A DNA stretch of 64,000 nt from Kiritimatiellota bacterium (GCA_013151865.1 JAADHN010000111.1:122624-186623); one strand, 5' to 3'. Counted from the stretch's first letter, positions 26,687 to 37,513 are shown. Numbers and translations: made by a program. The notes: generated from the sequence alone by a model not told the origin.

Positions 26687-29600
26687 ATGCAACGCGACTT
26701 GAAGCCGTTCTGGATGTCTTGGATCGCGGTGGGCGCGATTGTTGCCGGTGCGACACGGGCGGCGACGGAACGCCCGCAATTCAGTGCCTGGTACCGGTTC
26801 GAAACCCCCGAAGCCCCGGGGCGCAGCACGGGATTGACGCCGTGGCCGGCCACGACGCGGGACGTGCGCCGGCTCCCGCGCGGTGCGGGACGGTTCGGAG
26901 GCGCGATCCGACTGCCCGGCACACGCGGCAACGGACTCTACCTTCCGAACCCCGTCGCGTTTTTCGGTAAAACGGCGCGGACAGGGACGATTGCGCTTTG
27001 GGCCAAGGCGAGCGATCCTCCCGGCCCGAAGCCACGCATTCTTTTCGATTTCATGGTTTCATCGCGCAACACGCTCGTGGACGGTTACGAAACGGTCATG
27101 TTCGTCCAGGCGGACAAACTGGTGACTTGGCCCGCCCTCGGACGGCGCATGGAATTGCCGAGTCCACTGGCAGCCGGCCAGTGGGTGCATCTGGCCCTGG
27201 CCTGGGACTGCATGGCGGGAGCGACCCTTTACGTGAACGGTAAGAAAGCGGTGGAACGCAAGGGCCGCTTCAAGCCCACGCCGTTGTCGCCGGTGTGGCC
27301 CGGCCGAATCGGCTCCCACACGGTCGGTGGGGGCTATGCCTTTGCGGGGGACATCGACGAACTGCGCTTGTTCAACCGCCGCCTGACCGATGGAGAGGTG
27401 GCGGCACTTCACGCTCTCGACCCGACGATACCTGCGGTTGCCGCACTGTTGCAGGACGACGGAACGGTCGACGTCTTGAACCGGACAAGCGGGCGTGTCA
27501 CCATCCGCTTCGACCGCTGGCTGCCGAGTCGGACACTGGCTCCGCCGTGGTACGGGTACACGCCGGCGGCTTTCAATCAAACGGTGTGGACTGCGGGCAT
27601 GAGTACCACGGAACCGCTGGGACCGCAGCAGATTGTTCCACCGGACGGGAGCGTCTCGCGGCGGCTGGACTTTCCGCACGATTGCTGGGGGCCGGGTCGG
27701 CTCCGCATCATGGTCGGGGCGGGTCTTGCCTTGCAGGAACTGCCTGTGACCCCGTTGAAACGTCGCTGGTTCTTCCGCCGGACCGCGGGAGCGCCGCAAT
27801 TCGGCCTGCTGGACCGACGCGGTCTCGCAGTGGAGGTGCTGCGGACCAAGCCCGTGGTGTTTTCGACGGGGCGCGACTTGTCGTTGCCGATCCGCATCGG
27901 GAGCGACCTCAAGCGCCGCGCGCGCGGCACGCTCGGATTCGTTGTTTCCGGTCCCGGTCCGGACGGCAAGGAGTGCGGCAGCCGTTCGGTGCCGGTGGAC
28001 CTTCAGCCGGGGAAGAGTCGGCGGTTGGAACTGACGTTTCCCGGGTTGCGACTTGAACCCGCCCGCTACGAGTTGCGCGTGACCTTCATACCGGCGTCCG
28101 GGGAACACGGGATCCCGCTGCAGCGCCTGCCTGTGTTCGGCTGCAGTGACGACACGTTGAGCACGATCTGCGCGCCGGGGGCGGCGTACGTGGGCAATCC
28201 CATGGACGACCATGTGTTGGCGCGCATGGCCGCCGATGGTGTGAAGGTGGTCCGGTTCGGCGCGAAGAAAGACGGCGCGTCGTTCCGACGGGCACTCGAA
28301 GCCGTTCTGGCCCATGGTATGAGAGTCTGGCATACGCCGGTGTTCTCGTACAGTCAGGTCTGTGCGGACCCCGCAAAACGCGCCACGCTCGAACGCTGGG
28401 CCTCCGAATTCGGCAAAGGCCTGCGCGACAACCGAGCCGTTATCGATCAGAGTATGGCGGGCGAGGGCTTGAGCTATCCGCCGTGCTACTGCGAACACTG
28501 CACGAGTGCCTTTCGCAACTGGCTGCGCCGGAAGTACGGGTCCATTGTGGAGCTGAACCGTGCCTGGGGCAGCCGGTACACGACCTGGGACGAAGTCGAG
28601 CAATTGGGCAGTCCGGCGGACGTGGACATGGCCGCCGAGCGCCTCAAGATGATGCAGGTGGCCCTGGAACTGCCCAAACGCAACACGGATCGGTGGAAAC
28701 GCCTGTTCGAACTGGACAAGCCGCGGGCCATGGCCTGGCGACGTTGGCATGACGAATTGCTGCTGGACTGGTACCGTGACTTTGCGAGCGCATTTCGGCG
28801 CGCCAACGGCGGGACCGTGCCGCTGAGCGAGCAGCCGTGTTGGCCGAACTTCAAGACCCACGTGTTCTTCCCGCTGGCCAAGATCGCCGACGCCGGCGGC
28901 ATGGATCTGTACCTGCCCGGAGAAATGAAGACCACGCTCGGATATGCCGCGGAACTGTTCTTGAACTTCGACATGAACGCGTCCGTGTATGCCAACGAGC
29001 GCAAGCCGGTGATGGTCCACGAACTCTATGTTCAGGACTTGTCGCCACCGGGACTGGCCGAGGCCCAGGGCTGGTGGCTGGTCGGCCGCGGCTACAACCT
29101 GATGACTTTCTTCACATACAATTATTACCACGAAGGCACCCGGGCCGGACTGCCGTTGGTCTTCGGTTTGTTCGACAAAGACTGGAGACCCTACCCGGCG
29201 TATGCCTCATTCAAAAGATTCGTTGCGGACCTCGCGCGTTTCCGCGAACGGGTTCGTGTGCCGGAGTTGCGTCGGGTCGAGCCGCGGATCGGTCAGTTTT
29301 TGGGTGACGACGTGTCCATCGCCAATATCCTCGAAACCGGCGGGTCCACCTGGGAGGCCATCGGGGTGAAAGGGCACAACGGCAGTTATTGGCTCACCGA
29401 GCGCAACGGATTCGGCGTCGAGTTCATCGGTGACGGGATGTTCGACCGCTTGGATCGCGAACGGGTGCTCGTCGTGCCGTGGTGTCACGTGATTCGTCCG
29501 GCGGCGGTCGGACGCATCCTCGACGTGGCGCGCGGCGGCGGACTGGTGGTGATCGACGGCGCGTTCGCGCAGTTTGACGGCGTGTACCGTGCGTATCCCG

Positions 29601-30274
29601 TGGTCCCGGGGGGAGGCGCGGCCGAAGCACTCGGGGTGCGCTGCACCGGGTTCGACCGCAACGCGGCGCGAATCGTATTGCCCGACGGCAGGAAACTCGA
29701 GGCCCGCGGTCGCCCACGCGGGTTGGTGCTCGAGAAAAGAGTGCGCGTCCTGGGCCGATACGAAGACGGCGGCCCGGCGGTCGTCGAGAGTGCCGTGGGC
29801 AAGGGCCGCGTGATTTGGCTGCTGAGCGCACTCGGTCCCGAGCATCGCTCGCGTGCGCCGGATCCGAACGCGGTGCGCTTTTGGGGCGGGCTCATCGCGC
29901 GGGCGGGCCTGGCGCCCCGAAGTCGATTCGAGCCGGACGCTGCTGGGGGTTTGCGCAGCGATTCCAAGACGCTCGATCACGGCGGCAAAGGCATCGCGGA
30001 CTCCGCACCGTTGCCGGACGTTTCCTGTCGGGTCCGCAGAGACCGCGACCTGTTCGTGTTCGCGGCCAACTTCTTCGCCCCGAGCCGAGGGCAGGTTCGT
30101 CTTGCTCTACCGGAGCGGGCGTTCACGGTGTCCGACGCCCTGACAGGCAAACCGGTGCGGGGCGCATGGCACGGACGTACGCTGAGCATCCCGCTCGAGC
30201 TGGGCGCGTTCGACGGCCGTGTTTTCGAATTGCGCTACACCGGCGCCCGGAAGGCGCCCTTGGCGGATTGGTGA
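26687..30274 (+). CDS. Secreted LamG-domain protein fused to a GH42-like (beta-galactosidase-like) region
   Basis: GGAGG lies 6 nt upstream, followed by a signal peptide. LamG signature GDIDELRLFNRRLTDGEVAAL. GH42-like segment CEHCTSAFRNWLRRKYGSIVELNRAWGSRYTTWDEV. Confidence 0.65.
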   Translation: MQRDLKPFWMSWIAVGAIVAGATRAATERPQFSAWYRFETPEAPGRSTGLTPWPATTRDVRRLPRGAGRFGGAIRLPGTRGNGLYLPNPVAFFGKTARTGTIALWAKASDPPGPKPRILFDFMVSSRNTLVDGYETVMFVQADKLVTWPALGRRMELPSPLAAGQWVHLALAWDCMAGATLYVNGKKAVERKGRFKPTPLSPVWPGRIGSHTVGGGYAFAGDIDELRLFNRRLTDGEVAALHALDPTIPAVAALLQDDGTVDVLNRTSGRVTIRFDRWLPSRTLAPPWYGYTPAAFNQTVWTAGMSTTEPLGPQQIVPPDGSVSRRLDFPHDCWGPGRLRIMVGAGLALQELPVTPLKRRWFFRRTAGAPQFGLLDRRGLAVEVLRTKPVVFSTGRDLSLPIRIGSDLKRRARGTLGFVVSGPGPDGKECGSRSVPVDLQPGKSRRLELTFPGLRLEPARYELRVTFIPASGEHGIPLQRLPVFGCSDDTLSTICAPGAAYVGNPMDDHVLARMAADGVKVVRFGAKKDGASFRRALEAVLAHGMRVWHTPVFSYSQVCADPAKRATLERWASEFGKGLRDNRAVIDQSMAGEGLSYPPCYCEHCTSAFRNWLRRKYGSIVELNRAWGSRYTTWDEVEQLGSPADVDMAAERLKMMQVALELPKRNTDRWKRLFELDKPRAMAWRRWHDELLLDWYRDFASAFRRANGGTVPLSEQPCWPNFKTHVFFPLAKIADAGGMDLYLPGEMKTTLGYAAELFLNFDMNASVYANERKPVMVHELYVQDLSPPGLAEAQGWWLVGRGYNLMTFFTYNYYHEGTRAGLPLVFGLFDKDWRPYPAYASFKRFVADLARFRERVRVPELRRVEPRIGQFLGDDVSIANILETGGSTWEAIGVKGHNGSYWLTERNGFGVEFIGDGMFDRLDRERVLVVPWCHVIRPAAVGRILDVARGGGLVVIDGAFAQFDGVYRAYPVVPGGGAAEALGVRCTGFDRNAARIVLPDGRKLEARGRPRGLVLEKRVRVLGRYEDGGPAVVESAVGKGRVIWLLSALGPEHRSRAPDPNAVRFWGGLIARAGLAPRSRFEPDAAGGLRSDSKTLDHGGKGIADSAPLPDVSCRVRRDRDLFVFAANFFAPSRGQVRLALPERAFTVSDALTGKPVRGAWHGRTLSIPLELGAFDGRVFELRYTGARKAPLADW

Positions 30275-30382
30275 CGGGTGGCCATGTGGACACTGGAAGT
30301 CCGCAGGATGCTTGCGGGTTGCCGGACTGTTCTCGGCACGCACCTGCCGGGTTTTGTGCTGTCCGCAGGGCGCCCGCGGCAG

Positions 30383-30436
30383 CCGCACAGCAAAACCGCG
30401 GGTATTCCCGCGAGCGGCCGGTCGTGCGGTTTTTTT
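30383..30436 (+). terminator. Rho-independent terminator after the LamG/GH42-like gene
   Basis: Nested GC stems (CCGCAC...GTGCGG outer; CGCGGG-tatt-CCCGCG inner) followed directly by T7 (30430-36). Confidence 0.55.
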
Positions 30437-30469
30437 CTGCTTTTCCACGAGTGAACAGGAGACAGGAAC

Positions 30470-31504
30470 ATGAGGGACAACGAATTGACGGGCGCGCCGT
30501 TCATGGCGCGGTTGCAGCCGGCCCCGGCAGGCGGGGGCTTCCGGCGCGACGGCTGGTGGGTGTGGGGGGGGTCTCCGATTCGCGGGGAGGACGGCCGATT
30601 CCACCTTTTTGCCTCGTGCTGGCCCAAGCGGTTTCCGTTTTTCGAAGGCTACATTGCCTACTCGCGGGTTGTCCGGGCCGTTTCCGACTCGCCGGCAGGG
30701 CCGTACACTTACGTTGAAGAAGTGCTGCCGCCCCGCGGTTCGGGATTTTGGGACGGGCGCATGACGCACAACCCCACGATCCGCCGTTGCGGCGACCGAT
30801 ACCTGTTGTTCTATATCGGGGCCACTCACGACGGACCCGACCCATCCCCCGAAGAACTGGGCATCGAGCAATTCCCGCCCGTCTGCAATGCCATTTACCG
30901 CACGGTCCGGATCGGCATGGCTGTGGCGGATTCGGTCGCCGGGCCCTGGCGTCGGCCCGAGCGCCCGGTGCTCCAACCGCGCCCGGAGAAATGGGACAAT
31001 ACCGTGGTGACCAATCCGGCCCCGGTCGTACTCGAAGACGGACGTATCCTATTGTACTACCGGTCGAATACGCCCCGGGGACTGCGGCTCGGCGTGGCGG
31101 CGGCCGCCGGTCCGGACGCCCCGTTCGAGCGTCTGCGCGACGACCCGGTACTGCAGCTTCCGGGCGGGAATTTCGTCGAAGACCCTTTTGTCTGGCGCAA
31201 CGACGGCCGTTATGAAATGCTGGCGAAAGACATGACCGGCGGGATCACCGGGGAACAACATGCCGGCGTGCACGCCCTTTCGCCGGACGCCCTGGATTGG
31301 CGGTTGGCTCCGCAACCCAAGGCCTGGTCCAAGCGCATCCGTTGGGACGATGGTTCCGAAACCGTCCAAGGGGCACTTGAGCGTCCTCAACTTCTGTTCG
31401 ACCAGTCCGGTGCACCGACGCACTTGTTCGCGGCCACCGCCGACGGGCCCGGAGGGTTCCGCAATGCGAAGAATACCTGGACGCTGGCGGTCCCGCTTCG
31501 ATGA
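30470..31504 (+). CDS. Five-bladed beta-propeller glycoside hydrolase-like protein (GH43/GH117-like), no signal peptide
   Basis: AGGAG SD. WGGSPIRGEDGRFHLF, NPTIRRCGDRYLLFY, VTNPAPVVLEDGRILLYY and EDPFVWRNDGRYEML are blade-like repeats typical of the GH43 clan. The family is not certain. Confidence 0.5.
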   Translation: MRDNELTGAPFMARLQPAPAGGGFRRDGWWVWGGSPIRGEDGRFHLFASCWPKRFPFFEGYIAYSRVVRAVSDSPAGPYTYVEEVLPPRGSGFWDGRMTHNPTIRRCGDRYLLFYIGATHDGPDPSPEELGIEQFPPVCNAIYRTVRIGMAVADSVAGPWRRPERPVLQPRPEKWDNTVVTNPAPVVLEDGRILLYYRSNTPRGLRLGVAAAAGPDAPFERLRDDPVLQLPGGNFVEDPFVWRNDGRYEMLAKDMTGGITGEQHAGVHALSPDALDWRLAPQPKAWSKRIRWDDGSETVQGALERPQLLFDQSGAPTHLFAATADGPGGFRNAKNTWTLAVPLR

Positions 31505-31897
31505 ACCGGGGCCGGCCGTGCAGCATGTCTTCGTTCGCGGACAGAATCGGTCCGGCGGCCTCCGCCTTGACCAACCCTTCATGGGGCGGCCGAAAGGCCT
31601 GTCGCTGTATTCGCCGGAACGCCGGGAGTCCGCCGCACTTGTCCCGAACGCGGACGAAAGGGACCTCGGTGGACAGGTCGTGCCGGGATTGCCGCGGGGA
31701 CCGCGGACTCCAATGCCCTTGGTCCCGGGAATTCGAATGAAGCGACCGACCCGTCGCGGGACTGTGCTGAGCCTGGACCGGGCGCAGGTAGGCGCAATCC
31801 CGGATGGACCGGGTTGCACCGGGCAGCCTGACGGCGTACATGTTCCATTCGCGTGCACCGAAAAGTCATGACATACACGGGATCGAGGACAAAGCCG

Positions 31898-32590
31898 ATG
31901 CTCCTTGTGGCGGATGCACATGTCAGCGTCGAGAACGGAAACGTCGATTCGTTCTTCGCCATGCTGGACCGCATCGCGGACACCGATGAGGGCGTGGTTT
32001 TCCTGGGCGACATCCTCGAACTCTGGATCGGCTTACCCCGCTACGAGACGGATCTGCACCGTCGCTTCCTGGCATGGTGCCGGAAGCAGTGCGACCGAAG
32101 GACAGTCGGATTTGTCGAAGGCAACCACGAGTTTTTCGTGGCTCGTCACCATGCCGACGCATTCTCGTGGTGCGCCGCACGGGAATACCGGGACGGCGAA
32201 TGTCTCTACGCCCACGGCGATTTGATCGATGCCGCGGACCGCGGCTACCGTCTGTTTCGGGCTTTGACCAAGAATGGAGCGGCCCATTGGTTGCTCGCCC
32301 ATGCCCCGGGCATCCCGGCCTTGGTCGGTCGGATCAAGAGCGGCATGGAACGAAGGTCGCGCCGGTGCGCGAAACATGTGCCCGAACGCGACGCAGCGCG
32401 CTTTGCCGAGGCATGTTTTGCCCAGGGTATTCGACTCGTTGCGACCGGGCATTTTCACCGCTTCCACCAGTATGTTTCGGGGAATGGGGTCAACCGGTTG
32501 ATCGTGACGCCGGCGTGGGGGGAGAGTGAATGTGTGGTCCGTGTGCGAACGGACGGCAAAGTGGAGGTCGTGCATGGGCGGGAAATTTGA
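31898..32590 (+). CDS. Calcineurin-like metallophosphoesterase (LpxH-like)
   Basis: Motifs VADAHV, GDILE(L), GNHE, HGD and GHFH in canonical order. GAGGA lies 7 nt upstream of ATG 31898. Confidence 0.7.
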   Translation: MLLVADAHVSVENGNVDSFFAMLDRIADTDEGVVFLGDILELWIGLPRYETDLHRRFLAWCRKQCDRRTVGFVEGNHEFFVARHHADAFSWCAAREYRDGECLYAHGDLIDAADRGYRLFRALTKNGAAHWLLAHAPGIPALVGRIKSGMERRSRRCAKHVPERDAARFAEACFAQGIRLVATGHFHRFHQYVSGNGVNRLIVTPAWGESECVVRVRTDGKVEVVHGREI

Positions 32591-32680
32591 AGAAACCGAC
32601 CGCCTTGCCGCGCCGCGAACTCGGATGGAACAGGACAGAGATATGAAGGGAGAGGCTTCCAGCCTGAATGATGCGTGAAA

Positions 32681-32787
32681 CCATCTGCTGCGATGACGTA
32701 TCTCAACCGTCTCCGGAACATTGGTGCAGCCTGCCGACCCAAGCGGCGCTCAATAGAACCCCGACCGGCGTTCGACACAATGATCTG
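32681..32787. repeat. Conserved ~107-nt intergenic element, copy A (upstream of CDS 33062)
   Basis: Shares an identical 22-mer CCATCTGCTGCGATGACGTATC, then CGGAACATTG, then the terminal box CGTTCGACACAATGA(T/C)CTG with copy B at 37406-37513. Overall length is 107 vs 108 nt. Confidence 0.75.
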
Positions 32788-33061
32788 AGCCCGTGTACAC
32801 CTGCACCCTCTCGCGACAAAGGTGATGGATTCATCAGGGCAGCGGGACCGCCTTGGTGCGAAACGCGCCGAGCAGGCGAGCGATGTCTGGAGGCGCCAAA
32901 CGCCTGCCCGACGTTTTTCCATGACCCGGCTTGATTCAAGCAGGAACGCCGGTCGTGCAAAGACGTTGAAGCGGATGATTTCCGCCGGGGCGATCCCGGG
33001 CGAACTTGCGGAGTCCGCAGCTGATAGTTTCTCGGGGTTCACGTCAACAAGGGGCATCTGT

Positions 33062-35512
33062 ATGAAACGAATTCGCTGTCGATTGTCGACCGGGACGTTC
33101 CCGTCTTTTGCCGCACTCGCAGTCGCCGTCACCCTATCCGGGGCCCCGGCCGCACCGGCTCCCACGGCGGTCCACCGCCCGCCGCCGACTCCCCGAGGCC
33201 GGAGATCGGTCGGGTCGACCCGCGACATCTTTGCGGACACGTGGGTTGCCGCGGACGCGCTCGGACGCGTCCTGCCCGGCGCCGAAACGTGCGGTCCGCC
33301 CCGGCCGGGAAAAATCGTCGCCATGTTCTACTGGACCTGGCACCTGCCGAAAATCAATCCCGGCGTCCGCGGCGACGTATACGACAACAGTCGCATCATC
33401 GGCGAGGCCTTGGCCGAAGGGACACCGCCTCGGTGGCCCAGAGTTCGTGCAAACCATTTTTGGGGAGAGCCGGAACTGGGGTATTACCGGACCACGGATT
33501 CGTTCGTCCTCCGGAAACACGCCTCGATGCTCGCGGATGCGGGCGTGGACGTCATCGTCTTCGACACCACCAACCCGCCGTTCACCTGGAAGGAAGGCTA
33601 CCTGGCCCTCTGTCGCGAGTTCAGTGCCATGCGCAAAGCGGGGAACCGAACGCCGTCCATCGCGTTCATGTGTCCATTCGGCGACCCGACCGTGGTTGTC
33701 GAGCGCGTGTTCGATGAACTCTATCGGCCGGGCCTCTACGCGGATCTTTGGTTCCGGTGGGAGGGCAAGCCGTTGATCCTGGCGAACCCCAAATACTTCC
33801 GAAAGAAGCGGGAAATTCGCGAGTTCTTCACTTTTCGCGCTCCCATTCCCGGGTACTGGACCCGACCGAGCGGTCCGGGCCAGTGGCCCTGGCTCCAGGT
33901 CTACCCGCAGCACGGGTTCCCGGATGCGACGGGACACATCGAATGCGTGGCCGTGGGCGTGGCGCAGAACGCCATCCCCGGATATTTCGGCCCCGCTCCC
34001 ATGAGCCACAAGAAGGGCGCCATGGGGCGGAGCTGGCACGACCTCGCCCGCGATCCCAACGCCGAGGCCGTACTCTATGGTCCCAACTTTCGCGAACAAT
34101 GGGGCCGCGCCCTCGAACTCGATCCGCAGGTGGTATTCGTTACCGGTTGGAACGAGTGGACGGCCAGCCGCCTTCCCAAATTCGGCCCGTTCAACGAACA
34201 CGACGACGCAGTCTATCCCGGCGGCCTGTTCATCGATGAATACAACGAGGAATACAGTCGCGACATCGAGCCCATGAAGGGCGGGTTCGGCGACAGCTAT
34301 TACTATCAGCTTGTGGCTTGGGTCCGGATGTTCAAAGGCGTCCGTTCCCGTGCTTTGCCCAAGGGGCCGGCCGCTATCCGCATCGACGGCCGCTTTGACG
34401 ACTGGACGGCGGTCCGACCCGAGTTTCGGGACACCGTAGGCGACACCCTCCACCGCCGCGAACCGGGCTACGACGGGCGGGTCTATGTGAACGACACTGG
34501 ACGCAACGACATCGTGCGCTGCAAAGCCGCGTACGACGCCGAGAGCGTCTTTTTCTTCGTCGAGACCCGCCGCGCGCTCACCCCGGTCTCGGACCGGAAT
34601 TGGATGCTCCTGTTCGTCGACGCGGACCAGGACCCCGCCACGGGCTGGAACGGCTACGACTTTCTGATCGATGCTTCGCGCAGCGGCTCGACGCAGCGTG
34701 CATCGGTGGTGCGGCCATCCGATTCGACGACTTGGCAGGAAGCGGGGGGGGCGGAGTTTCGTGTCGCCGGCAATCGTCTCGAACTGCGGATTTCGCGGTC
34801 GGTTCTCGGCCTGGACGGGGTGGAGCCGCCCGCCTTCGATTTTCATTGGGCCGACAACATCCAACGGATTGCGATCGACGAATTCGGGGTCAATGGCGAC
34901 AGTGCGCCGAACCGGCGGTTCAATTACCGGTTCGGCCCCGATCCCGCGCCGTCGAAAGAACGGCGACGTCCCATCGGGTATTTTCCAAGAGACCTGCGCC
35001 GAGGCAAGTCCGGGCGTGTGGTGCTCCCGCCCCCGAGCCTGCAGGGACTTCCGCAGGCGTGGTGGGTTTGGCGGCGGGGAGGGCCGGACGCGATGGCCGC
35101 CGCCCCCGGTGAGACGACTCGTTTCCGCCGCCGCTTGACGGTCGCCGAACTCGGGAAAGGGGACGGCGCGTTCATGGCCGCGGCCGTGGACGATTCAGCC
35201 GAAGTTTTTGTGAACAAGGCATCCTGCGGCGTACTCACGGGCTGGACGCCGCCGGCGGTGTTTCCCATTGTGCTGCAGGCCGGGGAAAATCTGATCGAGA
35301 TCGTTGTGAAAAACGCCGGCGACGCCCCCAACCCGGCCGGACTTGCCGCCGAGATCGCCCTCAGAAAGTCCGATGGGTCTGTAAAGATCCTCGCCCGCAC
35401 CGGGGACGGCAAATGGGAAGCGGCACTCGATAAGGCGGGGACCGTCCGGGAATGGGCCCGGCCCCGGCGGATCGGACGCGTCGGTTGCGAACCTTGGGGT
35501 TCGCTCCCCTGA
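33062..35512 (+). CDS. Secreted putative glycoside hydrolase (TIM-barrel, GH99/GH71-like pattern) with C-terminal beta-sandwich domains
   Basis: Signal peptide MKRIRCRLSTGTFPSFAALAVAVTLSG. ELGYYRTTDSFVLRKHASMLADAGVDVIVFDTTN resembles glycosidase families that open with YY..D..V...H...M..AGI. Family unknown. Confidence 0.5.
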   Translation: MKRIRCRLSTGTFPSFAALAVAVTLSGAPAAPAPTAVHRPPPTPRGRRSVGSTRDIFADTWVAADALGRVLPGAETCGPPRPGKIVAMFYWTWHLPKINPGVRGDVYDNSRIIGEALAEGTPPRWPRVRANHFWGEPELGYYRTTDSFVLRKHASMLADAGVDVIVFDTTNPPFTWKEGYLALCREFSAMRKAGNRTPSIAFMCPFGDPTVVVERVFDELYRPGLYADLWFRWEGKPLILANPKYFRKKREIREFFTFRAPIPGYWTRPSGPGQWPWLQVYPQHGFPDATGHIECVAVGVAQNAIPGYFGPAPMSHKKGAMGRSWHDLARDPNAEAVLYGPNFREQWGRALELDPQVVFVTGWNEWTASRLPKFGPFNEHDDAVYPGGLFIDEYNEEYSRDIEPMKGGFGDSYYYQLVAWVRMFKGVRSRALPKGPAAIRIDGRFDDWTAVRPEFRDTVGDTLHRREPGYDGRVYVNDTGRNDIVRCKAAYDAESVFFFVETRRALTPVSDRNWMLLFVDADQDPATGWNGYDFLIDASRSGSTQRASVVRPSDSTTWQEAGGAEFRVAGNRLELRISRSVLGLDGVEPPAFDFHWADNIQRIAIDEFGVNGDSAPNRRFNYRFGPDPAPSKERRRPIGYFPRDLRRGKSGRVVLPPPSLQGLPQAWWVWRRGGPDAMAAAPGETTRFRRRLTVAELGKGDGAFMAAAVDDSAEVFVNKASCGVLTGWTPPAVFPIVLQAGENLIEIVVKNAGDAPNPAGLAAEIALRKSDGSVKILARTGDGKWEAALDKAGTVREWARPRRIGRVGCEPWGSLP

Positions 35513-35647
35513 CCGTCCCAGCGAGAGGCTTCGGACGGACCGGCAGGCGCGACGTTTCCACGCTCGCCGCAGCCGCGCCGACAGGTAGGCCGAGGCGATC
35601 GCCATGGATCGGGTTGCGTAATGCGAATAGGAAAGGGAACCTGTAAA

Positions 35648-37183
35648 ATGTCAAAACGTCCGAACGTCCTGTTGCTCATGACCGATCAGCACCGATTCGA
35701 CTGCCTCGGCTGCGCCGGAAACCCGGCCGTCGAGACCCCGAACCTGGACTGGCTGGCTGCGACCGGCACGCTCTTCACGAAAGCCTACACAGCCTGTCCG
35801 TCGTGCGTCCCGGCCCGGGCCAGCCTGATTACAGGCATGGACCAATGGCATACGGGGATCCTGGGCATGGGGCGGGGCCAGGGCCCCATGGGCGTGGGGT
35901 TCCGCCATACTCTTGCCGGGGAACTGGCCCGGGCCGGATATCACACCCAGGGCGTGGGCAAGATGCACTTTCACCCCCAGCGCTCGCTCAACGGCTTTCA
36001 CAACACGATCCTGGACGAATCGGGGCGGACCGTCGATCCCGGCTTCGTCTCCGATTACCGGGCTTGGTTCGACGCCAACAAGACCGGCGATTATGGCATC
36101 ACCGATCACGGGATCGACTGGAATTCCTGGATGGCGCGTCCGTACCACGCCCCCGAATTCCTGCACCCCACCAACTGGACCGTCAACGAATCGATCCGGT
36201 TCCTGCAAAAACGCGATCCGACGGCGCCGTTTTTTCTGAAAACGTCGTTCGCGCGTCCGCATTCGCCGTACGATGCGCTGCCCTACTATTTCGAGATGTA
36301 CGAACGCCGAGACCTGCCCGCCCCGAGTGTGGGGAGCTGGGCCGCCTGCCATGATGTGCCGCAAGACGCGGCCCGCCCCGATGCTTGGCGCGGAGTCCGC
36401 ACACCCGAGGAGATTCGCCGGGCCCGGGCCGGTTATTACGGGCAGGTCAATCATATCGACCATCAGATCGGACGCCTGCTGATGGCGCTGCGCAAAGCGG
36501 GAGAACTCGAGAATACCGTGATTCTGTTTACCGCGGACCACGGCGACATGCTGGGGGACCACAATCTGTGGCGAAAGACCTACGCTTACGAAGGCTCCGC
36601 CCATGTCCCCATGATCCTCCGCCTGCCCGCCGCGATGCGGGCGCCCCGCGGCCAACGGCTGGATGCGCCGGTCATGCTGCGGGACGTCATGCCCACCCTG
36701 CTCGACGCCGTGGGAGTGGAGATCCCGGCGACCGTGGACGGTTCGAGTATGACGCCCCTGGCCCTCGGAAAAACCGACGTGGCCTGGCGGACGTACGTGC
36801 ACGGCGAACACTGCACCTGCTACTCCGAGGAACAGGAAATGCAATACCTGACCGACGGGCGGATGAAGTACATCTGGTTCCCGCGCCTGGGGACGGAACA
36901 GCTCTTTGATCTGGCAGCGGACCCGGGCGAGATGCAAAACCTGGCCGACGATCCGGCCGCCGCGCCCTTGCTCCGGCGCTGGCGGGAGAACATGGTTCGA
37001 GAACTCGAGCCGCGCGGACTGGGTTTGACCGACGGAGACCGACTGGTGTGCCAGAAGGGGCGGCCGCCCATAGTCTCACCCTATTATCGGCAACGGATGG
37101 AACGGACAGGCTTGGATCTGGCGTCGTACCGGCAGCCCGTCGCCGGCCGCATTCGCGAGTCGAGCCGATCCCGCGATGCCTGA
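35648..37183 (+). CDS. Arylsulfatase (formylglycine-dependent, type I sulfatase)
   Basis: PNVLLLMTDQHR metal-binding start. FGly signature SCVPARASLITG (C-x-P-x-R). GKMHF and FTADHGD motifs. Confidence 0.9.
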   Translation: MSKRPNVLLLMTDQHRFDCLGCAGNPAVETPNLDWLAATGTLFTKAYTACPSCVPARASLITGMDQWHTGILGMGRGQGPMGVGFRHTLAGELARAGYHTQGVGKMHFHPQRSLNGFHNTILDESGRTVDPGFVSDYRAWFDANKTGDYGITDHGIDWNSWMARPYHAPEFLHPTNWTVNESIRFLQKRDPTAPFFLKTSFARPHSPYDALPYYFEMYERRDLPAPSVGSWAACHDVPQDAARPDAWRGVRTPEEIRRARAGYYGQVNHIDHQIGRLLMALRKAGELENTVILFTADHGDMLGDHNLWRKTYAYEGSAHVPMILRLPAAMRAPRGQRLDAPVMLRDVMPTLLDAVGVEIPATVDGSSMTPLALGKTDVAWRTYVHGEHCTCYSEEQEMQYLTDGRMKYIWFPRLGTEQLFDLAADPGEMQNLADDPAAAPLLRRWRENMVRELEPRGLGLTDGDRLVCQKGRPPIVSPYYRQRMERTGLDLASYRQPVAGRIRESSRSRDA

Positions 37184-37405
37184 TTGCCGATTGTATTCTT
37201 GCCCCAATGGGTGGCGGCGGAAGAATACCGGGCGAGATTGGGAGAGGAAAACGACCGACGGCATCGCTGTCCCTCCGCCCTGCCCGTGCAATCGGTCGCA
37301 TGTCGAAACACGTTCCGAACCGGGATTGCCGTGAACGACGTTCCCCGATCCCACAGCGGGACATTCGAAGAACACCGACCGCTTGAGCCGAATACCGCAC
37401 ATGGC

Positions 37406-37513
37406 CCATCTGCTGCGATGACGTATCGCAATTGCGTTCGGAACATTGCAGCGACCCGCCGGCCCGGGCGATGTTTTGACGCAGCTTTGTACGTCGTTCG
37501 ACACAATGACCTG
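37406..37513. repeat. Conserved ~107-nt intergenic element, copy B (65 nt upstream of GH5 start)
   Basis: See copy A. About 75% identity over the first ~60 nt, a variable ~45 nt, then a conserved 19-nt terminal box. Confidence 0.75.
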
